From an uncultured Clostridia bacterium (GTDB lineage Bacteria > Bacillota > Clostridia > Christensenellales > CAG-138): a stretch of 64,000 bases of DNA. Location: assembly GCA_947166925.1 (NCBI GenBank), contig CAMVGD010000003.1:2507-66506 (forward strand). The letters run 5' to 3'. Positions 16,807-24,445 of this stretch are shown one piece after another (the stretch's first letter is position 1; every line of letters begins with the position of its first letter). The position numbers and the translations under genes were made by a program. Below the pieces are notes generated by a model, which worked only from the letters and a program-made list of their open reading frames with translations, had not been told where the DNA came from and searched no databases.

Positions 16807-18606
16807 ATGAACCTGAATCATGTGACCGACACCGTGCTGTATATCGGCGTCAACGACCATGCGATCGACCTCTTTGAGGGACAGTACGTCGTTCCGAACG
16901 GCATGGCATACAATTCCTACGTCGTGATGGACAAAAAGATCGCCGTGTTCGACACGGTCGACGCCCGCTTCAAGCACGAATGGCTCGACAATCTCGAAAA
17001 CGCGCTCGCAGGCAGAAAGCCCGATTACCTGATCGTGCAGCACATGGAACCGGATCACTCGGCAAACATCATGACGTTTGCAAACCAGTATCCGGACGCA
17101 AAGATCGTCGCGTCCAGTAAGGCGTTCACGATGATGCAGAACTTCTTCGGCACCGACTTTGCGGACCGCCGCGTCGTGGTGGGCGAGGGCGACACGCTCG
17201 TCTTAGGCGAACATACGCTTGCGTTTGTGACCGCGCCGATGGTGCACTGGCCCGAGGTCCTGATGACCTACGACGCCAAGGATAAGATCCTGTTCTCCGC
17301 GGACGGCTTCGGCAAGTTCGGCGCGCTGGACGTTGAGGAAGACTGGGCATGCGAAGCGCGGCGGTACTATTTCGGCATCGTCGGCAAGTACGGCGCGCAG
17401 GTGCAGGCGGTCCTCAAGAAGGCGGCAAACCTCGACATCCAGACGATCTGCCCGCTGCACGGACCGGTGCTCAAGGAGAACCTCGGCTACTACCTGAACC
17501 TCTATCAGACCTGGTCGAGCTACGGCGTCGAGAGCGACGGCGTGTTCATCGCCTATACCTCGGTCTACGGCAACACCAAGAAGGCGGTCGAGCTTTTGGC
17601 GGACAAGCTGAAGGCAAAGGGCTGCCCGAAGGTCTCCGTTGCGGATCTTGCGCGCGAGGACATGGCGGAGGCGGTGGAGGACGCGTTCCGGTACGGCAAG
17701 CTCGTCATTGCGTCCACGACCTACAACGCCGACGTGTTCCCGTTCATGCGGACGTTCCTCGAGCACCTTGTCGAGCGCGGTTATAAGAAGCGCACGATCG
17801 GCGTCATCGAAAACGGCAGCTGGGCGCCGATGGCGGCAAAGGTCATGAAGGGCATCTTAGAGCCCTGCAAGGACATCAAGTACACCAACGCGAGCGTGAA
17901 GATCATGAGCGCGATGAACGACGAGAACAAGCAGCAGATCGAGACGATGGCGGAGGAGCTCTGCGAGGAATACGAAGCGCGCAACAACGAGACCGCGAAC
18001 AAGAACGACCTCACCGCGCTGTTCAACATCGGCTACGGTCTGTACGTTGTGACGAGCAACGACGGCAAGAAGGACAACGGCTGCATCGTGAATACCGTCT
18101 CGCAGGTCACGAACCAGCCGAACCGCATTGCGGTCTGCATCAACAAGCAGAACTACACGCACCACGTCGTGAAGTCGTCCGGCATCATGAACGTCAACTG
18201 CCTCAGTATCGAGGCGCCGTTCAAGGTGTTCGAGAACTTCGGCTTCCAGAGCGGCCGCAACGTCGACAAGTTCGCGAACTGCACGCCGATGCGCTCGGAC
18301 AACGGGCTCGTGTTCCTGCCGCATTACATCAACTCGTTCATGTCGCTGAAGGTCGAACAGTACATCGACCTCGATACGCACGGCATGTTCATCTGCTCGG
18401 TCACCGAAGCGCGCGTCATCAACCGCGTCGAGACGATGACCTACACCTACTACCAGAAGAACGTCAAGCCGAAGCCCGCGACCGAAGGCAAGAAGGGCTG
18501 GGTCTGCAAGGTCTGCGGCTACGTCTACGAGGGCGACGAGCTGCCCGAGGACTTCATCTGCCCGCTGTGCAAGCACGGCGCCGCGGACTTCGAGCCGATC
18601 AACTGA
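16807..18606 (+). CDS. Multidomain flavodiiron protein (metallo-beta-lactamase + flavodoxin + flavin-reductase-like + rubredoxin)
   Basis: Diiron motif HMEPDH. Flavodoxin-like block, flavin-reductase-like block (YVVTSNDGKKDNGCIVNT) and C-terminal rubredoxin CKVCGY...CPLCKHG. Confidence 0.85.
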   Translation: MNLNHVTDTVLYIGVNDHAIDLFEGQYVVPNGMAYNSYVVMDKKIAVFDTVDARFKHEWLDNLENALAGRKPDYLIVQHMEPDHSANIMTFANQYPDAKIVASSKAFTMMQNFFGTDFADRRVVVGEGDTLVLGEHTLAFVTAPMVHWPEVLMTYDAKDKILFSADGFGKFGALDVEEDWACEARRYYFGIVGKYGAQVQAVLKKAANLDIQTICPLHGPVLKENLGYYLNLYQTWSSYGVESDGVFIAYTSVYGNTKKAVELLADKLKAKGCPKVSVADLAREDMAEAVEDAFRYGKLVIASTTYNADVFPFMRTFLEHLVERGYKKRTIGVIENGSWAPMAAKVMKGILEPCKDIKYTNASVKIMSAMNDENKQQIETMAEELCEEYEARNNETANKNDLTALFNIGYGLYVVTSNDGKKDNGCIVNTVSQVTNQPNRIAVCINKQNYTHHVVKSSGIMNVNCLSIEAPFKVFENFGFQSGRNVDKFANCTPMRSDNGLVFLPHYINSFMSLKVEQYIDLDTHGMFICSVTEARVINRVETMTYTYYQKNVKPKPATEGKKGWVCKVCGYVYEGDELPEDFICPLCKHGAADFEPIN

Positions 18607-18623
18607 ACAAGCGTAAATAAACG

Positions 18624-18654
18624 CCGCCCGTGAGTTCTTCACGGGCGGTGTTTG
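18624..18654 (+). terminator. Rho-independent terminator after the flavodiiron gene
   Basis: 10-bp stem ccgcccgtga / tcacgggcgg, then tgtttg. Confidence 0.65.
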
Positions 18655-18718
18655 CGTCAGCATCTTCGAGGCGTGATATGCCTGACGGCACGATATGCGC
18701 CTGCGACGCGAGAAGGGG

Positions 18719-18788
18719 ACCTCATCAGCCCCTCACAAGCCTTCTTCTTGAGGAGAAGGTGTCACGACGAAGGAGTGACGGATGAGGT
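18719..18788. repeat. 70-nt hairpin-dense element bounded by the inverted octamers ACCTCATC / GATGAGGT
   Basis: Internal stems at 18740-18759 (ccttcttc/ggagaagg) and 18761-18779 (gtcac/gtgac), with a further stem at 18801-18819 (gattctcc/ggagaatc). Confidence 0.7.
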
Positions 18789-18843
18789 GTTATCATCCAA
18801 GATTCTCCATCGGAGAATCCACCTGAACATTCCCGCAGGGAAT

Positions 18844-18915
18844 ATATCACACACCTAAGGCGTATATCACATCCCGAAGGGATATATCACGTTCCGCGAA
18901 CACGGAACATATCAC
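18844..18915 (+). repeat. Four phased direct repeats of (T)ATATCAC (spacing 20, 20, 25 bp), each preceded by a short hairpin or variable segment
   Basis: ATATCAC at 18844, 18864, 18884 and 18909. The inverted copy GTGATATG lies at 18673-18680. Confidence 0.8.
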
Positions 18916-18936
18916 TGCTGCACAGCCTCCTGCCGC

Positions 18937-20415
18937 TCAGTACCAATGTCCCGGATGGATGATGCTGCCGTCGATCGCGTTGACGGCCAGCACCTGAAAG
19001 CTTGCGTCCGGCGCCGTCCATGTTTCGGTGCGCCAGTCCTCGTCATAATCGAAAAAGACCAGATAGCAGGGCACGGCGCTGTATTCGTCGCTGTTCGGGA
19101 GACGGACGGGGAAAGCGGTCAGCATGACCCGAAACACCTGCATCGCGGGGTCCTTTCCCTGAAAATACCCGACGTGAAGCGCATCCACATTCAGGGACAT
19201 CGACATGGCGTTTCTGATGCGCTGCTGCGCCTCGTCGAACGGCAAAAGCGCTGCGCTTGCGGCGTCCAGCCCCACGACCTCCTTCGGATCGCTGCAGGAG
19301 AGGTACTGTACGCCGTCCTCATTCAGCATGATCCGCAGCGATTCCTGAAAAACGGGCGCGGAATACGCATCGCGGCTGCCCTCATAGGAAAGGAATCGAT
19401 CGTCCACAAGCACCTGCGATTCCACCGGGTAGCCGCCGAAGCTGCGTGAAAGCTCAAAGCACCAGCACGCCGCGATCCGACGAATCGTACTCGGGTGGTC
19501 GATGTCGCCCTCAAACAGATTGACCTTGTAGGCGCGTGCGATCGCAAAATCGGAGAGATCGAGCGTGGCAAGGAGCGAATCCAGCGCTTCCCTTGCGGCA
19601 TCCTCCGGCATCGTGACGTCCTGCCAGTTTTCGTCGTAAGGCTTGCAGATGGGATACGGATGCAGGTGCCGGTATTCGGAATGTTCAAACAGCCATGTCC
19701 GATAACGCGTTACCGTGAGACCGCGTTCCGTGGCGACCGCATATGCGTTTTCGCCCGTTTCCAGCTCAAAGCGGATCGTTCCGATCGGCACGTCGCGGTA
19801 GTCGGTCTTCTTCACCGTTTCGAGCGTTTCCGGCGCGTTCAGAATGCGATCCTGATAGAGCGCAGCGATCTCCTGCTGCTGCTGTTCGAGCTCGTCAAGG
19901 TCGGTCAGCCCTTCGTCCACATCGTCCCATTCCGGGAAGCCGTGCTCGATCCAGTCCCGCTGACGGTCGGCCTGCGCAAGATACTGCCGGAACGCCTCGG
20001 TGTAGTCCTCGCGCGTCATGCCGTCGTTTTGCATGGCGACGGGACGCGGCAGGACGGCGGACAGAATACGCTCGCGCCAGGCGGCGTCAGGTTTCAGCTC
20101 GCGGAGACGATACAGCGGAAAACGCCCGTCCGCCCTTGTGATGACGTCCGCGCGGTAGGTGACGGTTGCGCCGCGCACCTCCTGCACCTCCTCCCAGCGC
20201 GCAGGGAATACGGGCGCGTCGGAAGGCGCGGTACTCGCTTCCTCTGCCGAGGGCGTTCCTTCGACGACGGACGCCGAAACCGTGTTCTCCGGAACCTTCG
20301 GAAGCGGCGTCTTGTCACCCTTGTATACGACGTATTCCTGTTCCGGCGTCGGCTGACAGGCGGCGAACAGTAATAGCGCAAGCAGCAGTGCGACAGTGCT
20401 CCAAATCCGTTTCAT
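18937..20415 (-). CDS. Lipoprotein, paralog family L (member L1)
   Basis: Lipobox LLFAAC followed by QPTPEQEYVVYKGD. C-terminus VLAVNAIDGSIIHP (PepSY-like). Confidence 0.7.
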   Translation of the reverse strand: MKRIWSTVALLLALLLFAACQPTPEQEYVVYKGDKTPLPKVPENTVSASVVEGTPSAEEASTAPSDAPVFPARWEEVQEVRGATVTYRADVITRADGRFPLYRLRELKPDAAWRERILSAVLPRPVAMQNDGMTREDYTEAFRQYLAQADRQRDWIEHGFPEWDDVDEGLTDLDELEQQQQEIAALYQDRILNAPETLETVKKTDYRDVPIGTIRFELETGENAYAVATERGLTVTRYRTWLFEHSEYRHLHPYPICKPYDENWQDVTMPEDAAREALDSLLATLDLSDFAIARAYKVNLFEGDIDHPSTIRRIAACWCFELSRSFGGYPVESQVLVDDRFLSYEGSRDAYSAPVFQESLRIMLNEDGVQYLSCSDPKEVVGLDAASAALLPFDEAQQRIRNAMSMSLNVDALHVGYFQGKDPAMQVFRVMLTAFPVRLPNSDEYSAVPCYLVFFDYDEDWRTETWTAPDASFQVLAVNAIDGSIIHPGHWY

Positions 20416-20500
20416 AGGGTTCTCCTTTTCGATTGCAAAACATGTGTTCATAGATAAGAGCAGCAAAGCCGACGAAATATGTCATTCCGTACCGCCTGTT

Positions 20501-21889
20501 TCAGCTTCCGATATCCAGATGCAGGTTGGCGCCGTTCATTGCGTTCAGCGTAAACGAGTAGGAGACGGCGTATCCGTCCGAAAACCGTACCTCATAATCC
20601 GCGATCCAGACCGGCAGCGCATATCCCGCATCAGGCGCGTCCCTTTTCGGAACGATGCACGAGCCGAGCCGAAGCCTCGTAACGCGGATTTCTTTGATCG
20701 CCCGGTATGCGGCGTCGCCGTTTTCCGCGGCAAGCCGTGTTTTGACCATGCGCAGGATCGTATCAAAATCCAGAAGCGCAACAGAGTCGCTGATCCGGTC
20801 TGTAACCTTTGCCGGGTTTTGCCATAAAAGCGACCAGACGCCCTCGCTGTCGACATACAGCTCCGCGCGCTCCTGCGGCCATGGCGCGGTGTAATCGTCC
20901 TGCCGTACCGCTTCCGGATACGTCGGCGCGAGCATCGGGACGCCGTCGATCCCCTTGCGATAGACCAGCAGCCATCCCTCCGATTCGTCCGCAAGCGTAA
21001 ACGCGTGGCTGCGCTGCGCCTTTTTCACGTCGGCGAGCGCGGCGTTTGCAAAGCCGATCCGGGTCAAAAGCGCGTGCGCCGTTTGTTCGGCCTCCTCCTG
21101 TGTCAGGGACGGATTTTTGAGCTCGCGGCCGGGCTCAGCGCCGGGCCATTCGCCCTGCCGGACATGATTTTCGTCATAGATATGCCGATCGAACACGGAA
21201 AGCTGTACATGCGTCTCGTCAGCATAGAAATCGACGTAAGCGTCCGGCGTGTCCGGCCGGTAAAAGGCGGCGGTATAATCGCCGCTCCCTGCGGCCGCTT
21301 CGTCGAACGGGGCAAGCTCGACCGTCTCCGGCGCGCTCCGGTAGTAGTATTCCTGCACCTGCGCTGTCCATGTCAGCTCGATGTCGGGGTCCTCGGCATA
21401 GATCCGATCGACGGCCGCCACGCGCGCACTGTCCTTCATTTCGTCGAGCACCGCTTCAAAGTACGCCTTTGACGCGTGCAGATACATGCCCGGCGCATAG
21501 ATCGGCGCGCCGTTCGCGACGGCTTTCAGGATCGCGATCCGGTCCGCAGCGCTCCATTTGCTCTTTTCAACTGCATACACGGGCCATGCGGCGACGTCCG
21601 GCACGATAACGTCCGCATCGAACAGCACATCCGCGCCGCCTATGTCGGGTATATCGTCAAGATACAGATGCCCGACGATCATCCCGTCAGCAGGCGCGTT
21701 GCCAGCGGGGAGGGCGGCGACCGCCTCTTGCACGGGAACCGCGTCCGGCGCAGGCGTTGTACGGATCAGCGTTTCGAGATCCTCCTCGCCGCGGTTTACC
21801 ACAAAGTCCTGCTCGGGCGTCGGAACGCAGGCGAGAAACAGCGCGAAAACCAGTGCGAGAAGCAGGCAGACAACAATGATTCGTTTCAT
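20501..21889 (-). CDS. Lipoprotein, paralog family L (member L2)
   Basis: Lipobox LFLAC followed by VPTPEQDFVVNRGE. C-terminus TLNAMNGANLHLD. Confidence 0.7.
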   Translation of the reverse strand: MKRIIVVCLLLALVFALFLACVPTPEQDFVVNRGEEDLETLIRTTPAPDAVPVQEAVAALPAGNAPADGMIVGHLYLDDIPDIGGADVLFDADVIVPDVAAWPVYAVEKSKWSAADRIAILKAVANGAPIYAPGMYLHASKAYFEAVLDEMKDSARVAAVDRIYAEDPDIELTWTAQVQEYYYRSAPETVELAPFDEAAAGSGDYTAAFYRPDTPDAYVDFYADETHVQLSVFDRHIYDENHVRQGEWPGAEPGRELKNPSLTQEEAEQTAHALLTRIGFANAALADVKKAQRSHAFTLADESEGWLLVYRKGIDGVPMLAPTYPEAVRQDDYTAPWPQERAELYVDSEGVWSLLWQNPAKVTDRISDSVALLDFDTILRMVKTRLAAENGDAAYRAIKEIRVTRLRLGSCIVPKRDAPDAGYALPVWIADYEVRFSDGYAVSYSFTLNAMNGANLHLDIGS

Positions 21890-21966
21890 GAAAATCTCCT
21901 TTCCTTCGGGCTTTGCCGGTTCACTCTGTAAGAGAGGCGATTTTCCTGAAGTGTGACAGATGTTTT

Positions 21967-23439
21967 TCAATATCCATAATCCGGGCGCACGATCGAGCCG
22001 TCGACCGCGTTGATGACCAGCACATCGTGATAAATGCCCGGATTGTTCAGTTCTTGGTCCCGCGTCGATTTGAGGTATTCCCAGCTGGCTTCGCCGTTCA
22101 ACGGAAAGCACCAGTCGTAGGATACGATCCAGCAGGGCATCTCATAGAAATCCGAGGAGTCCTTCACGCGCAGGGTGAAGGTCGAAAGCATGACGTCATA
22201 GATCTCAAGCTCCAACCGCGGCCAATTTTCTTCGTAATCCTGCGTGCACTGCTGGATCATTTCATAGGGGAAGCACGTGATAAGCGCGTTTGCGATCCGT
22301 CCCTTGATCTCGTCGAACGGCAGCAATTCGACGTTTGCATTGACAAGTCCCGATACATCCTTCGGGCCGTCATACCGGATCATCTGAAGGCCGTCCTTTG
22401 TGACGAACATCAGGAGCTGTTCCTGCGGAATATGCTTGTTGACGATATAGTCGTCACCGCTGTCATATTCGAGAACCTGCGTCGCATGCACGTCGCTTGC
22501 AAGCAGCGGATAGCCGTCAAAGTCGCGTTTGAGCCCGAAGCACCAGCCGCCCGCGATTGCTGCGTCCGGGTGTTTGCTTTCAAACAGCGTCGCTTCGTAG
22601 CTGCCTGCAATCGAAAAACCCGCAAATCCGAGCCGTTCCGCTTCCGAAAGACAGATGTTCTTTGCGTCCTCATATGAGATTTCGGGCTCCATCCATTCTG
22701 CGTATCTGCCTTCCTTCCATTTGAGGTCCTCCTGATAGTCATACACGGAGTAGAGATTGGGAAAGTCACGGCAGCCCTTTGTGATGACATAGAAGCCCTT
22801 TTCGAAGCAGATGCTTGCATCCCCGCCGGAAGCAAGCGTAAACGCCAAGGTTTTGTTCTCCTGCAGCCCGGAATAATCGTTGACCGCCTGCGAGGTCAAA
22901 CTGTCCGGCGCGTTTTGGATCCACTTCTTGTACCGGTTCATCTCTTCCTCGATTTCCTCCGGCGAATATTCAAACTCATTCACGTTGTTCCAGTCGTCCG
23001 GCTTGCCCGCGGCGACCCATTCGTCATAGCGTGCACGCTCGTCTAAAAAGTGCTGCAGCTGCCGTTCATAGTCCTCCTTGGTCATCAGCGATTCCGAGGA
23101 CGACGTCGGCTTGTCCAAAAACTTGACCGCAATGTTTTCGACGGTATCCGCCGTGATCTCGGTTTCACGCGTACGGTAGACAGGGTAGAGCCCGTCCGCT
23201 TTGGTGCGGACGTCGGCGTGCGCGCGAACGACAAGGTGTTCGCTTTCTTTCAGCGGTTCTTCGTCCCAGCGGTCGGGGAAGGATTGCCGCCCGACGCCTT
23301 TTTGGGCGTCGCCCTGCGGCTCGTTCAGCTTTTGCTCCACGGTGTCGTCGCCCTTGTTGACGACAAACTCCTGCTCCGGCGTTGGAACGCAGGCGCAAAG
23401 CATACAAAGCGCAAGGATCAGCATCATAATCCGTTTCAT
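21967..23439 (-). CDS. Lipoprotein, paralog family L (member L3)
   Basis: Lipobox MLCAC followed by VPTPEQEFVVNKGD. Shares FPDRWDE...ADV...ADG.YPVYR with L1. C-terminus VLVINAVDGSIVRP. Confidence 0.7.
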   Translation of the reverse strand: MKRIMMLILALCMLCACVPTPEQEFVVNKGDDTVEQKLNEPQGDAQKGVGRQSFPDRWDEEPLKESEHLVVRAHADVRTKADGLYPVYRTRETEITADTVENIAVKFLDKPTSSSESLMTKEDYERQLQHFLDERARYDEWVAAGKPDDWNNVNEFEYSPEEIEEEMNRYKKWIQNAPDSLTSQAVNDYSGLQENKTLAFTLASGGDASICFEKGFYVITKGCRDFPNLYSVYDYQEDLKWKEGRYAEWMEPEISYEDAKNICLSEAERLGFAGFSIAGSYEATLFESKHPDAAIAGGWCFGLKRDFDGYPLLASDVHATQVLEYDSGDDYIVNKHIPQEQLLMFVTKDGLQMIRYDGPKDVSGLVNANVELLPFDEIKGRIANALITCFPYEMIQQCTQDYEENWPRLELEIYDVMLSTFTLRVKDSSDFYEMPCWIVSYDWCFPLNGEASWEYLKSTRDQELNNPGIYHDVLVINAVDGSIVRPDYGY

Positions 23440-23585
23440 CTCATTTTTCCTTTCTTTTCCTGTGGCAATTTCATCATACATTCCACTTTCGTCCGAAACG
23501 TCACAGAAGTGTAACGTCAGGGTAACGAAATTGTAATCATTTGGGATCTTCGTTTGTTCTGTAAGCACTTGCGAAGATCGAACGA

Positions 23586-24263
23586 TCAGCCGGCGATCGG
23601 GAACAGACCGTATGGCAGGGCGGCGTTCAATAGATCGAGCGCAGTCGGGACGATCAGGATCAGTATCATGGTTATGATCGCGGCGACGTGCCCGGGCGTT
23701 TTTGCGCGGTCGGTAAAGATCGGCTCGAATGCCTTGACCTTTTTAAACGCCCACGCCGCGGCGGTATAGAGCGCGCGTCCGAAGACGCCGCCCAAGGTGT
23801 TGCAGATCACATCGTCCATGTCCGCGACACGGCCGATAAAGAACTGCAGCGTTTCGATGCAGAGCGACAGGGCAAGGCAGATCAGCACCGTCTTCCACGC
23901 GCCCCTGCGGAGCGGGGAGAACACGCTCGGCAGCAGACCGCCGAGCGGCATAAAGAGACAGACGTTCCACATGATCTGGCTCGACCACAGCCCGCCGTCC
24001 CGTTGCAGAGCGTAGAGAAACGAATCGCCCGGCAGCAGATGCAGACGTTCGGGGAGCGTCAGCGGAATATCGGTCGACGCCCAGAAGAACGTGACGTAGA
24101 TCAAAGCAAAGAAGTATCCGATCAGCAGATAGTTCGCAAGCTGCCGGATGAACGGATACGGTTTGCGCTTTACATGCAGAAACACGGCAAGCGGCAGATA
24201 CAGGATCGCCGCGGCGATTGCCGAGAACGGCAGAAAACGGAATGCGGTATTCAGATATGTCAT
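23586..24263 (-). CDS. VanZ family membrane protein
   Basis: VanZ-like helices and ETLQFFIGRVADMDDVICNTLGG motif. Internal ATG of the track ORF. Confidence 0.7.
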   Translation of the reverse strand: MTYLNTAFRFLPFSAIAAAILYLPLAVFLHVKRKPYPFIRQLANYLLIGYFFALIYVTFFWASTDIPLTLPERLHLLPGDSFLYALQRDGGLWSSQIMWNVCLFMPLGGLLPSVFSPLRRGAWKTVLICLALSLCIETLQFFIGRVADMDDVICNTLGGVFGRALYTAAAWAFKKVKAFEPIFTDRAKTPGHVAAIITMILILIVPTALDLLNAALPYGLFPIAG

Positions 24264-24367
24264 AAAGAAACCTCGTGCTTTTGATACCCATATATTATCG
24301 TGCAAATGCGTCCAAAATGTCAAAAAAGAACCAACAAGATGTAACTATCTGGTAAATTGTGTAAAAA

Positions 24368-24396
24368 TTGACTTATGGAAGCCTTTGTGATATAAT
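24368..24396 (+). promoter_or_regulatory. Putative sigma-A promoter (extended -10) for the large surface protein
   Basis: TTGACT-17 nt (ending TGa)-TATAAT in an AT-rich stretch. Confidence 0.65.
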
Positions 24397-24445
24397 TCTA
24401 CATCAACTATTGATAAAAAATGGATTTGAGGTCGAAATAACGGGA

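Noticed and set aside
18652-18858. 68-aa ORF inside the non-coding island
   Set aside because: There is no RBS, and the ORF lies across inverted repeats and hairpins. Translated-repeat artefacts of this kind are common.
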